This document shows, in pieces, positions 43,745 to 57,500 of a stretch of 64,000 nt of DNA. The translations under genes and the position numbers were made by a program. The stretch is from Ostreococcus lucimarinus (Eukaryota): NCBI GenBank assembly GCA_000092065.1, contig CP000590.1, one strand, 5' to 3'. How positions within the stretch are numbered: the first letter of the stretch is position 1; each line of letters starts with the position of its first letter. The notes under the pieces are model-generated. The model was given only the letters and a program-made list of their open reading frames with translations, did not search any database and was not told the DNA's origin.

Positions 43745-44019
43745 TCAGTTCTGTTCGTTCCCGTTGAGAAGAACGCGATCGCCGCGTCGCGCCGCGCGAC
43801 GCTCTCGTCGTGGTTTAGTCGCGGAGAATTTCCGCGTTTGGCCGCTCATTCGTATCAGTAATACACTACAGTGAAACACTTTTATCGATCTTGTCCTCGT
43901 GCACGCTCGAACCGTCGCTCGAACCGCGCGCTCGATGAATGATGTTGGGTCATATTGACAACGGCTTGATTGAACAACTTTTTCTGGTTCGCGAGACTCG
44001 CTATAGGCCTCCTAAATGC

Positions 44020-46050
<2,031 letters not shown>

Positions 46051-46065
46051 CTATCACGAAAAAAT

Positions 46066-46845
46066 CTACTCGGAATCGCCGCGCGCGGCGCGGAGGGCGT
46101 CGCGAATCAACGGCGAGGCGACGTCGCGCGCGAGCGCGTACGGCGCCCGCTTGCTCGGCCACACGTCGCGAACCATCTCGTCGAAATCTATCCAGCGCAA
46201 GCGATCGAACTCGCGACTTTCGCCGTTTTCGCCCGCTAAATTCACCGCCGGGTGCGTCGTGGGGTCGGCGTCGCAGTCCACGCCCGGCCAGTGAAAGAGC
46301 GCGAACTCGAGTCTCTGTCCCGCGAGTCCGCGCTCGGCGAGCCACGTGTTTTCTTCCACGCGATAGCAGTACCCATCGCTCTCCGGCAGCGCCCCGATCA
46401 ATCGCACGACACCGCTCGAGCTCGGCGTCGTCGCGTCCATCGCGCGCACGCCCGTCTCCTCGAACAGTTCTCGCGCCGCCGCGTCCTCGACGCGTTCGCC
46501 CGCCTCGACGCCGCCCTGCGGCGCGTTCCACGACCCCGCTCGATCGCTCCTCTCGCCGCACAGAATCTCGCCTCGATCGTTGAACACGAGCGCGGCGGCG
46601 CACCTTCGGTATTTTTCCCCGTTCACCGTCACCGAGCGCGCGTCGGGGTACGGCTTCGCCTTCGCCTTCGCCTTGGTCTTCGCCTTCGTCCTCTTCGCCT
46701 TTGCCTTTGCCGTCTCGGTCGTCGTCGTCTCGGTCGTCTTCGCGCGCGCGCCGGTCGCGCCCTTGCGCTTGCCCCGGTCAGCGCTCGCGAGCGTCATGAC
46801 GGCGCGACGGCCCGCGACGCGCGCGACGCGCGCTCGAGTCGACAT
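46066..46845 (-). CDS. NUDT: Nudix hydrolase with Lys/Ala-repeat N-terminal region
   Basis: Nudix box [23 protein letters not shown] (G-x5-E-x7-REUxEExGU); C-terminal 259 aa of ORF 46066..47316 (upstream part antisense to the cyclophilin gene). [18 protein letters not shown] encoded by imperfect (gccttc)n. Confidence 0.7.
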   Translation of the reverse strand: MSTRARVARVAGRRAVMTLASADRGKRKGATGARAKTTETTTTETAKAKAKRTKAKTKAKAKAKPYPDARSVTVNGEKYRRCAAALVFNDRGEILCGERSDRAGSWNAPQGGVEAGERVEDAAARELFEETGVRAMDATTPSSSGVVRLIGALPESDGYCYRVEENTWLAERGLAGQRLEFALFHWPGVDCDADPTTHPAVNLAGENGESREFDRLRWIDFDEMVRDVWPSKRAPYALARDVASPLIRDALRAARGDSE

Positions 46846-47065
46846 GCACCGCGCGCGCGCGCGTGCGGCGAATCGAATTGGCGCGCGCGGGGACGCGATT
46901 GGCCGGCGCGACGCGATTCGCCGCACACGACGACGCGCCGACGCGCGACGATCGCGCGAGGAGCTCGGGCGCGCGTGTCGCGTTTCCACGGTCCCGACGA
47001 AGGCGATGACGCGAGTCGAACGCGCGCGAAACGGACGACGAACGACGACGACGACGACGATCAAG

Positions 47066-47650
47066 ATGATGCTCGTCGTCGCGCTGGGCGCGCTGGCGTG
47101 CGCGTTCGTCGCGACGCCGGTGCTCGCGGAAAAGCGCGCGCCGAAAGTCACCGATAAGGTGTTCTTCGACGTGACGATCGACGGTGAACCCGCGGGGCGA
47201 ATCGTCATGGGGCTGTACGGGAAGACGGTGCCGAAGACGGCGGAAAACTTCAAGCAACTCGCGACGGGGGAGAACGGATTCGGGTACAAAGGCTCGGGAT
47301 TCCATCGAGTGATCAAGAACTTTATGATTCAGGGTGGTGATTTCACCAATCACGACGGCACCGGGGGGAAGTCGATCTACGGCGCGCGATTCCCGGATGA
47401 AAACTTCAAGCTCAAGCACGAGGGGCCGGGGACGCTGTCCATGGCCAACGCCGGGCCGGACACGAACGGGTCGCAGTTTTTCATCTGCACCGTCAAGACG
47501 AGCTGGCTGGACGGCCGACACACCGTCTTCGGGCGCGTGCTCGAGGGCATGGACGTCGTGACGGCGATCGAAAACCTCGAGGGGACGCCGCCGCAAAAGC
47601 CGGTGCTGATTGCCGACTCGGGCGTCTTACCGATGGACGCCGAACTTTAA
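47066..47650 (+). CDS. CYP: Cyclophilin B-type peptidyl-prolyl cis-trans isomerase (secretory, signal peptide)
   Basis: C-terminal 194 aa of ORF 46580..47650: signal peptide [21 protein letters not shown]; [63 protein letters not shown]. Confidence 0.9.
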   Translation: MMLVVALGALACAFVATPVLAEKRAPKVTDKVFFDVTIDGEPAGRIVMGLYGKTVPKTAENFKQLATGENGFGYKGSGFHRVIKNFMIQGGDFTNHDGTGGKSIYGARFPDENFKLKHEGPGTLSMANAGPDTNGSQFFICTVKTSWLDGRHTVFGRVLEGMDVVTAIENLEGTPPQKPVLIADSGVLPMDAEL

Positions 47651-47733
47651 ATCGACGCGTCACTTTAATTATCTATGCGCGCGCGCGTGCATACGTTGTC
47701 AATGCTGCTAAAATAAAATTACATTCGCTCGAT

Positions 47734-50700
47734 CTAATCGTCGCGATTGATCGTCGCGAGCATCGCCTCGACGTCGGCGTGTGTCTCCGGAACGACGACG
47801 CCGAATTCCTCGGCGACGACTTGTTCTATCACGTTCGATACAGAAGCCAGGAGTCGTGGAAAGTCGGCGCTGGAACCACCGCGTGCGATGATGGCTGACT
47901 TGATTCTTTCCTCCGCCAAACGCGCGCGAAGACGCAGGGCGAAAAATTCTCGCGACGTCTCCCAGGGGATGACAGCCTTGATCGCCTTCTTGTGCAGCAT
48001 CACGCCCGGAGTGTCGTGCAAAGCGGCAAAGTGCACGGCGAGCTGTTTGAATGTCGGCATGAGTGCTTTTTTCTTCGCCTCGTCTTCGTGCGAGTCACCG
48101 ATGCCTCCGGGAATCGTGCGCTTCATCGTCGACAGCAAATCTTGACGCCTGAATTTGATATCGACGATGCCCTCGGGCTCGAGGACGCCGCCCTTGGCGC
48201 CTTCGGCGGCGTAGAATTCCATTTGCTCCGGATTGATGGAGCTATCGATGACCACCCAAGCGCCTCCGCGAAGTTCTCCGCCTTGAGGAATGTACACAAA
48301 CACCGGCTGTTTGTACTCGCGAAGCGCGTCGACGATGTAGGCGCCGTACTTTAAAACTTCGCCGTACATATCTCGCAAACCGCCGGCGAAACCGCGCCAG
48401 TTGGCAAAGATTATGAGAGGTAGTCCTTCGCGATTCATGTCGCCGATCGCTTGCGCGGTTTTGAACGCGCTGTCGGGGAACCAGACTTGACCAGCTTGAG
48501 ACTCTTCCGCGATTTGTGCGCTCGCAAACGCCGGATCTGCGGGAATCGTCTTGTCCACGGTTCGCGTCTCCACGGCGACGGCGCCGATGGGCACGCCGCC
48601 GAGACGCGCGCGACCTGTGATGACAGTTCGTCCCCAGTCGGGCATGACTTCCATGAACGAATCAGTGTCGAAGAATGAGTGCAGTAGCTCACGTGGATCG
48701 TGCGGAGAGGAAGGAGGATTGAACGTCACGTAACGTCGCACCGGATCGACGCACGGGACGCAGGGGAGCGGCGCGCCGCGCCGGCTGGGTACGTATGACA
48801 ACCATTGAAGAATATTCTTCACACCGTGCACGTCATCGGGTACGGTAAGATGAGATACCCCGTTGGCGCCCATGACTTTAGGACCGCCTATTTGCGAGTT
48901 GCTCGTGTAAACTTCGCGACCGAGCACCTTATTCAATGCGCTCGCGCCGGTTAAAATCAACGGCGCGTCGACGTGCTGAACCACACGTTGGCATAGACGA
49001 GAGCAATACGCACCGATACCGACGCTCCTACCGGTGACGTAGGCCATCGTCACTGTGTGTTTGTACGCACGACTCGTCGCCGCGGCAATCTCACCGGATC
49101 CTTGTAAGCACTCGACGCTCTGTCCTCCGCACACATCCGTCAGCGCGTAATGAATCTCGTCGCGGTAAACGATTCGCTTCGCCTTGACCCGACCCTTCGC
49201 GGACAAGATCTCGTAGTCATCTTCGCTGAGGTAAATGTACTTGAAACCTTTAGAGACGTCATCATCGTCGACCCACTTCACTCTGAACGCCGCCTTGACG
49301 GCTTCGTCGAGACCGATGCGCGCGCCACTATTGGAGCTGATGTAAACGCACGGCAAACCTTCAGCCACAGCGAGATCAAACGCGGCGCGGTAGACACTGT
49401 CTTCCGGCGGAGACAAAGAACCGGACATGTGCGTGATATCATTCGCAACGAGAATGATTTCACGTCCTTTCGGATACTCTGTTGTCGCCAACTTGACGCG
49501 CCAGCAAACCATGCCAACTTCGTTCAGCCCTGGCGCACGATCGCTGCAAACGAGCGCTCGCGTCCTTGGGTCAAAGATGAGCTCCATGAGATCGATGATG
49601 TCGCCTACGCCAGGGTTGATTTCGGCAAGGACATTCGCAAATATTTCTGGAATGTCGTATACGTACGTCGAGGACAAGTTTTGGCACGCCATTCGCTTGC
49701 GCTGAATCTTGTTCAACCGAGGGTGCACGTCACGCGCGGCGCAATCCAGCGTCTTCGTGATTTTAAATCGTAAGCCACTGGTGTTCATCGCGATGACTGA
49801 ACCCGTGCCGACGCGCACTTCGACACATGCAACCTTCAACCGCTTCAAATCGTTGAACGCAGTGTGAATGAACGAAGCTATCGCCGCTTCAACGCTCGGC
49901 AAATCGTCCTCGGCGTCGGCGCCGACGAGATTAATGAAGACGTGGTTCGCGGCAGTGCGATGACGACCCACCGCAAGCTCAAGAGAGCCGAGAACATCAG
50001 CGAACACGCTATCATCGTGCACGCCGCTCGAACTACCACCTATCGTCGTTCGAGCCAACTCTGAGTCCATGGTCACACTTCCCAAAGCTGTGCGGCGCGG
50101 CGTTCCTTCAGACGGGCTGTTTTCAAACAGCAAGTCCTTGTTGTAAACCGCTGCTCGCAAAAACACGCGACGATCGCGCTGGGGTTGCTTGTGCCCAGGC
50201 TTGACATTCGGTTCCTCAGCGAGAAATACACCGACAGTGTACTCAGACGGTGTCACAAAATTCGTGTGACGATGATGGGAACGAGAGCTCAAAACGCCTA
50301 CGCACTCGACCCGGAAGAGTGCGAGCCGTTCGACCTCCATCTGATCGGCAATGTGAGGCCAAAACCCACGTGCGCTCGACATTTCACAAAAACCTTCGAC
50401 TGTGGAATCTTCAGAAGTACGCTTAAACGCGAAATGATGCGGCTTGGCGTCGAGCGCCAGCAACGTGACCACGACGTATTCGAGGCCTTCGCACTTGAGG
50501 GCACCAGCCAGGTACTGTCCAGTCACAAAAGCCTCCGCGGCGGCTCGAATATCGGTGTCGTTCCTACCCACAAGTCTATGATACGAGATGATGAAGTGCA
50601 ACTTCTTCGGTTTGTTCGCCGTCGCATCGGGAAGCGCCGCCACCGCGTGTCCAAGAGATGGGGCAAAGAGATGAATGGTGTCGTCGAGCCAGACTCGCAT

Positions 50701-53700
50701 GACTTCTGGTTCGCATGCGCACGGTTCGGGCTGAGCGTTCGGAATCATGTACGTATCTACGCCAGTCGCGCCGAATAGAGTCTCAATCGCTGTAGTTCGC
50801 GACGTTTCGGACGTACTGTCGAACAAGCTCTCCCAAGTGTGCGCGTCCAAAATCTCATCCGTGGCTTCGTCGATGTTGCTGTACGACTGATACCGTGTGA
50901 TGGAGTTGTGCCGATCGAGGTAAATGTTACCGACGTATCTCTTGAACGAAGGATTGCTGTCCGACGCCTCGTTGTCACTCGCAGCGTTACTCATGAGATC
51001 TGACTCGCTACCGGCACTCGTCTTTGACAGAGACGCCGAGCGCTTCTTGCGCTTGGCGTCGTCAAGGGAAATTTGCGCGAAGGCAGAAAAGGACTCGTCG
51101 CGAGACATGCGGTTGGCCCGAGAAGCCGCAGCCATGCGTTCGCGTCTCGACTTACGTGTCATCTCTTGCTTACGCACGATGATTTCGCGCGCTGTCTGGG
51201 AAACCAATTCGTAGTCGCGCCCAGAAAGATTCATACAACGCACCACGGCGGCGTTGCACGACGGTATGTCGATCATATCGTGCAACGAAATTTGTTCGAG
51301 GATCTTCAAAACCAAATCCGATCTACGCTTGAGTTTGGCGTTTGCATGTGCATACTTTGCGACGACTGAAACATCGTTGCGGTAGCGATCGCGTAAGAAC
51401 ATGATGGCGTCCTCGGTCGACGCGCAGCTCGAGAAGGGCTCTTCCGTGTCCAAGAACGATTCCAAGTATCGCGTCAACACGCGCGCCCTACTCTGCGCCA
51501 ATCCGCCGTCATGACGTTCGCAAAATGCCGCTAGCGGTGCAAAGTCAGCGCCGTACTCGTTGATCAAGGCTCTAACGCGCATGACCGCAGCAGATACGGC
51601 GTCTGTCGTGTTTTCTCCATTCGCCTCGCCGACGATGGACGCCGACATCGCTTCGGCGATCTCGCGCAGCTCGAGTCGCGCCGACGGACGAGCACGCGAA
51701 ATCACGGCTTCTCGCGACTCCATAAAATCATCCACGACGAGTGGTAGCGTGCCGAGCACGTCAAATAACACTTCGGTCGGATCACCATTGTAATCGTAAC
51801 CAGCCAAAATTTGGTCGACACCAGTGCTTGTGCGCGAGAATCGAACCAGCGGAGAGTCATCCGGTAACATGCCTGTTAACGAACGCGTGTGCATTTTCGT
51901 AAACTCTCCCGTGAACGGCGCACACCTACGCACACCGGTAGCGTCTTCGACGGCAACATCACACAAAACATCGCCTGCTTCTAAAATCGCGCCTACACGC
52001 GCCACGTGCCGAATCGTCCCCGTGCTCGTCGCAATCAGAGGCATCACCGTCTTCATAACCTCGATCTCGCAGTAAGGTTGATTGGATTCCACGCGCTCGC
52101 CGTCGCAAATCAAGTACTTGAGCAGTTTTCCAGGACCTTGGGCGATGAGCTTGGTGGCGTCAAAATCATCGGGGAAGAAACACGGCAACCCGTTGACGTG
52201 AATCTTCATTCCAACTTTCGTTTCCTCGGGGTGGACCAAGTACGCGCGACCGTCCAAGAGCACCTTCAAAGCGCCGTCTTGCAACACAAGAACTTCGGCT
52301 TCGATGAGACCTCCGTTTATGTGAAGATAAAACAGCTTCTCACTCCCCATGGTTACGCGCAAGTTATACTTGATGTCGTTGTAAATCAGCTCAAAGTTGT
52401 GTTCGCTGAGATTCGTCATCCACGTCTCAGGCGGGACGCCTCGATTCAGATACGAGGCGACTTCGGCCTCGAGTTTTTGATGCCTCGTCGATGATCTAAG
52501 CACAGCCCCACACGCGACTACGATGTGCTCGTGCAACGTCTCTGCTCTGTCGCTCGCCGCGATAAGACCATCCAGCCAAGCGGTGTCGTGTTCGTCGGCT
52601 AAGAATTCTGGCTTCTCCAACAACTTCCCCAAGTACTTTTTGTTGCAGTGAATCTCCCCGCGGACGCTTAACTCGCTCAGCGCGTGCGTGAGTAAAGTGA
52701 TGGCTTCCGCCCGACTTGGCTTGAAAGCGAAGATGTGTCCAAACTGCGAGTCGGCGAATTGATGAACTCCGCCCGAGGTGCCGACGGAAAATGATCCATT
52801 CACGCCCGGGAGCGAACGGAAATGAAGCTCGTGAATGGCACCAGACGTAGGCTTGAAACCGCTGTCGGGATCTTCAGCGGTGATTCTTCCCGCCACGCAA
52901 TGACCGAGCGGCGGAATCGGCGTAGTGTTATCGAAATCGATAGAAGAAACCCCGCGTACGTCGCTTTGCTGGAAGAATCGACGGACGTCCGGAATCTTGT
53001 TCAACGGTATCCCCATCGCGAGCTGCAGCTGTACTGCGGGCAAGTTCACCCCAGTTATCTGCTCTGTCACTGGATGTTCCACTTGTAGACGAGGATTGAC
53101 TTCGAGAAACGAGTATTCGCCAGTCTTGATGTTGTACAAGTACTCCACGGTACCGACGCCACAGTAGCCAACCTTTTTCGCCAGTCGCACGGCGCCGCGC
53201 TCGAGCTCTTCACACAATGCCCTCGGCGCCACGGTGATTGGACCTTCTTCAATGATCTTTTGATGTCGGCGCTGAACGGAACAGTCACGACCATACAGCG
53301 CGATCGCTTGACCGTGCGCGTCGGCAACCATTTGAACTTCTAAATGTCTTGAATCCACGCTAAGCTTTTGGATGAAAATCGGCGAACCCGGGACTTCGGC
53401 CTGGACCTGGGCGAAACCAGTTTTGAGTTCCTCGATCGAGTTCACCTTGCGAATACCTTTCCCACCACCCCCTTCCGAAGCCTTGATCATGACCGGAAAA
53501 CCAATCTTTCCCACTCGCTGCACCGCGTCGGCGACGTCTGTGAGCGTCGCTTGCTTCAAGACGTCCTCCGGAATGCTCGTGCCGGGTACCGTGAGACCGC
53601 TACCAGACCAAGGGATGACATTCACGTCACACGATTGCGCGAGGATGTTCGCACAAATCTTGTCTCCAACGGCGTCCATGGCAGATGCTGGTGGACCCAA

Positions 53701-54734
53701 AAATGCAATATCGTGATACGCCAACTGCGACGGCAGCTGCGGATTTTCGCTCGCGTGTCCCCAACCCGGCCACACCGCGTCTGCGCCGCACGTTCGCGCC
53801 ACTTTGACGATCAAATCCACGTTTGCGTAATTGTTTCTATTGCTCCCCCCCTCCACGGTGATGAATTCATCGGCTAACCGGATGTATCTATGTTTAGAAT
53901 GGGACGTCGTTATCATCCGAGCCTGTCAGTCTCGTCGAAACGCGAAAACGCTTCGAGCGCGAATTCGCCGCCGACGATCGCGAGATGAGCGCCAATCACG
54001 CGACGTTCGCATCGCACGCACTCTGCATTCGCCGCTAAATCGTCTGGCGTCGCCATGCACACCAAATGCAAAACTTCGTGCGACTTGAACGTCTCGTACG
54101 CCCACAGACGCATCGACCGAATCGCCTTCACCGCGCCCACTGCGTGTCGAAAAATTCGCACTCGCGTCAGTCATTATCGCGCGCGCGCTTCACTTTTACG
54201 ATTTCGCGCGCGCCATCTCCCACGACCGCGTCGTCGGCGACGAAATTCGTCTCGAACGCGTCGGACCCTCGTCGGGACGAGCGTTACGACGACTCGGATA
54301 ACGACGTCCCCGTCGCGCCTTCGTCGGCGCCGCGCGCGTCGCGCGCGCGTCGCGCATCACGCACATCCATTATTCGCGATTAAAACCTTCCGTATCGATC
54401 GCACGCCTCCCCGCGAGAGGACGTACGCCTCGTACGCCGCGTCGAGGTCCTCGCGCGGACTCGCGCGCACGAGACCTCGGTCCATCGAACGTCGCGGCAG
54501 CCGCTCGCGCGCGGCGCCGTCGTCCGCGTCGCGCATCTCGCGCGCGGCGCTCGTTCGCGCTCGTTCGCGCGCGCGATCGCCGTCGACGGCCGTCGTCGAC
54601 GCGTCGCGCTGTGTCGGACGACGCGCGCGGCGTGGGAGACCGCGAGACATGACAGGAGGGACGCGAAACACCCGGGAGATCGCCGCCCGTTCGAACGCCC
54701 CGACCGACCGAAAGGACGCCGCTCGTCGACACAC
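47734..54734 (-). CDS. ACC1: Homomeric (multidomain) acetyl-CoA carboxylase; three exons: 54365..54734, 54022..54139, 47734..53887
   Basis: Main ORF 47734..53916 (2060 aa): biotin carboxylase (NNYANVDLIV, GGGGKGIR, RDCSVQRRHQKIIEEGPITVAP, LEVNPRLQVEHPVTE), BCCP biotinyl-Lys motif CEIEVMKTVMPL, carboxyltransferase domain. BC N-terminus is split over two upstream ORFs in other frames: 54357..54734 (...SIRKVLIANNG) and 53913..54161 (AVKAIRSMRLWAYETFKSHEVLHLVCMATPDDLAANAE). Introns placed by hand: donors GGAT|GTGCGTG and GCAGA|GTGCGTG, acceptors CACGCAG|TG and AAACATAG|ATAC; spliced product ...IANNG-L-GAVKAIRSMRLWAYETF...LAANAE-YIRLADEFITVEGG matches plant/yeast ACC (IANNGMAAVK...ANAEYIRMADQYIEVPGG). 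Confidence 0.9.
53888..54021 (-). other. ACCase intron 2 (134 nt, GTGCGTG...CATAG)
   Basis: Joins ...LAANAE to YIRLADEFITVEGG; phase 2. Confidence 0.75.
54140..54364 (-). other. ACCase intron 1 (225 nt, GTGCGTG...CACGCAG)
   Basis: Joins ...KVLIANNG to (L)GAVKAIRSMRLWAYETF; phase 1; exact junction less certain than intron 2. Confidence 0.55.
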
Positions 54735-54962
54735 GACGACGCTGTCCGGTCGACGAACGAACGAGGACGCGCGCGACGAACGAACGCGCGCGATCGAAGC
54801 GCGCCGATCACGAATACGCGTCGGATTCGCGCGTCGCGCGACGCACGATCGAGCCGTCGACGCGCGTCGCGACGCGAAAGCTTTCCCGCCAAAAGGACAA
54901 ATCTTATTCCGCGGACATCGCGCGCGTGATTCCCTCGCGTCTCGCGGCGTCGCGAGCGTGCG

Positions 54963-57428
54963 ATGGCGACTGAAACCGCGTTAGCGAAGGGACAAAGCCG
55001 CGTGTTGAGCAAACCGTCGTCGCCGCGATCGAACGATGGAAGAGACAACGCGAACGACGACTTAATCATTCGCACCGGCGAAGAGCTCGGCGAGCGCGTC
55101 GGGTCGGCGGCGAACGCCACGACGACTGGGCACCATCACAAAGGGCACCATCCGAGGGATGACGAAGACATGTCGGATGAGAGTACGACGTACACTGTGC
55201 TCGACTCTCTCGGATCCGGTACGTTCGGGCAAGTCGTCGCCGCGGCGTCTAGCGCCGACGGTCAGACGAGAGCTCTCAAGGTGATTAAGAATCACCCCGC
55301 GTATTTTCACCAAGCGCACGTCGAAATCGGCATCTTACGAACGTTGAACACAAAGTGCGGCGATCGACCGTCGGGGTCGGTGATCGTGGACTTGATGGAT
55401 TACTTTGTCTGCCACAACCACCTCTGTCTGGTTTTTGAGCTGTTGGGAATGAACCTCTACGAGCTGCTGAGGAAGAACAAGTTTAAAGGATTACATCTCG
55501 GGGCGATTCGTGGGATGATGAAACAATTGCTCGGCGCTTTGGATTTGCTCAGAGACGCCCACGTGGTCCACTGCGACATCAAGCCCGAGAACATTTTGTT
55601 GTGCCGCGACGACTCGTTTCAAGTCAAACTAGTTGATTTCGGCAGCGCGTGTTTTCAAAACAGGACGGTGTATCAGTACATCCAAAGTCGTTTCTACCGC
55701 TCGCCGGAAGTGTTTTTGGGGATGTCGTATGGAATGCCCATCGATATGTGGTCTCTAGGGTGCGTCGCCGCGGAATTGTTTTTAGGCTTACCGATCTTTC
55801 CGGGTTCGAGCGAGTATGACTTGCTGAGCCGCATTTGCGAAACGATAGGAACGCCCCCGGCGGACATGCTCGCCAAGGCGCCGAACACCAACAAGTTTTT
55901 CACGCGAGTAGATATCGGGTTCGACGAGAGCTCGTCTTCGTTGGCGTCTTCTTCCGGCGGTGGTACGTCGCGATACAAGCTTCTCTCGCTACGAGAATTC
56001 GAGGCGCGCTCTGGCAGGCGCGCGGCGATGGGGAAAAAGTATTTCAAGTACACTGAGTTTTCGGACATCATAGCGAGTATACCGTACCAGTCATCCAAAG
56101 TGGATCCTAACGACCACGCCGCCGTAGACGCGGAGAAGAAAGCTCGAATGGTCGAGCGTTCGGCGTTCTACGATTTACTCACCGGCATGATGGAGATCGA
56201 TCCCGCGGTGCGCTGGACGCCGGCGCAGGCGTTGAAACATCCGTTCATAACGGGCGAGCCATTCGACGAGCCGTTTGCGCCGAAGCCAATTCCTGAGCGC
56301 ACGACACCAGAAGAGCGCGAAGAGTTGCAGCGCGTGGCGGCGAAGGAAGCGGCCAAGATTTCTTCGGGCGAGCCAGTCAAGAAGAAGAAGAAGCCCATCC
56401 CGCGCGACGTTCCGCCGATGGCCGACGTCGTGCCGCCGACGCCGCCGGCGATTCCAGTCGGTGGTTTGGCCGCCGCTTTCGCCGCAAGTTCTGCGTCTGG
56501 ATCAGCACCGCCGATACAACCAATCACGCCGAATGTTGTCAATCCCGTTGTCGCCGAAGCGTTCAACGGAGCGATGCTGCAAGCGCAAGCGGCGGCGCAC
56601 GCGCACGCCGCCGCGGCCATCGCGGCGATGTCTCCCGGAAGCATCCCGATGTCGCCGGGCGGTGGACTTGGCGGTGGTTATCCACCTTTCGTCGTCGGTT
56701 CATCCGGAGGGTCGTTCAATTCGCCCTCGTCCTTGCTGTCCGGCTCCTTCATTGGTTCGCCGCACGCCACGAACAGCGCGGCGATGCACCCGCTTCACTT
56801 TGGCGTCTCGCCGCCGACACACCAATTGTCGAGTATGGGTTTGTCGACATCACACGCGGCACGCGCGGCACAGGCAGCGGCAGCGGTGCAGCTCCCGCCT
56901 GCAAGTCCACTCGGCCCGCGCGGCGTGGCTTTCGCGCGCGGTATGGACGCTCGTCACGCCAAGCCGGGGACGTCCTTCCACGGCGTGGGCGGCGGGATGT
57001 GGAGCGCTTCAGCGTCGGCGTCGGCGTCGCGCGATAGTTTGAAAACGCTTCAAACAGTACACGAGTCCATGATCTCGCCACCGGTTGCATCGCCGAGTCC
57101 GATCGACGACGATCACGCAGAGGGCGCGGATTGGGATCCAACGTTCGGCGAGATGGACGATTTAGAGATGGAAGACGCGCCGACGAAGAAACAGGCGAAC
57201 TCGACGACGACGATAGCGATGCCCACGCGTCAAGCGATACCACCTGTCGTCAACTCACTCTCCAGCGTAGCCGCCGCGTTTTCCGTCGGGAGCGCACCGA
57301 ATTTTGCGAGCGCGAGTCAGTTCAGCGTCTCGCCAAACTCAGCGTTTGCGACGAATCAAACCAAACCGACGCGACAAAAGTCTAGCAAGGACAAAGCACC
57401 GGCGAGCGACGAGGACGGCAAAACCTAG
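54963..57428 (+). CDS. DYRK: DYRK-family dual-specificity protein kinase (YAK1/DYRK-like)
   Basis: LGSGTFGQVV, ALKVIK, HCDIKPENILL, KLVDFGSA, activation-loop YQYIQSRFYRSPEV (DYRK Y-x-Y signature), DMWSLGCV; long S/A/P-rich C-terminal tail. Confidence 0.85.
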   Translation: MATETALAKGQSRVLSKPSSPRSNDGRDNANDDLIIRTGEELGERVGSAANATTTGHHHKGHHPRDDEDMSDESTTYTVLDSLGSGTFGQVVAAASSADGQTRALKVIKNHPAYFHQAHVEIGILRTLNTKCGDRPSGSVIVDLMDYFVCHNHLCLVFELLGMNLYELLRKNKFKGLHLGAIRGMMKQLLGALDLLRDAHVVHCDIKPENILLCRDDSFQVKLVDFGSACFQNRTVYQYIQSRFYRSPEVFLGMSYGMPIDMWSLGCVAAELFLGLPIFPGSSEYDLLSRICETIGTPPADMLAKAPNTNKFFTRVDIGFDESSSSLASSSGGGTSRYKLLSLREFEARSGRRAAMGKKYFKYTEFSDIIASIPYQSSKVDPNDHAAVDAEKKARMVERSAFYDLLTGMMEIDPAVRWTPAQALKHPFITGEPFDEPFAPKPIPERTTPEEREELQRVAAKEAAKISSGEPVKKKKKPIPRDVPPMADVVPPTPPAIPVGGLAAAFAASSASGSAPPIQPITPNVVNPVVAEAFNGAMLQAQAAAHAHAAAAIAAMSPGSIPMSPGGGLGGGYPPFVVGSSGGSFNSPSSLLSGSFIGSPHATNSAAMHPLHFGVSPPTHQLSSMGLSTSHAARAAQAAAAVQLPPASPLGPRGVAFARGMDARHAKPGTSFHGVGGGMWSASASASASRDSLKTLQTVHESMISPPVASPSPIDDDHAEGADWDPTFGEMDDLEMEDAPTKKQANSTTTIAMPTRQAIPPVVNSLSSVAAAFSVGSAPNFASASQFSVSPNSAFATNQTKPTRQKSSKDKAPASDEDGKT

Positions 57429-57500
57429 ATGCAGCATACAACGACATTGTAGATTACAGCAACACTTCTAGCGAGCGCGTGGCCAACTAACTTCGAAACA

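Noticed and set aside
53913-54161. 82-aa ORF treated as an independent small gene (non-ATG start; tail CVRCERRVIGAHLAIVGGEF...).
   Set aside because: Its conserved core (AVKAIRSMRLWAYETFKSHEVLHLVCMATPDDLAANAE) is exon 2 of ACCase; the remainder is intron read-through. The same holds for ORF 54357..54734, which is exon 1.
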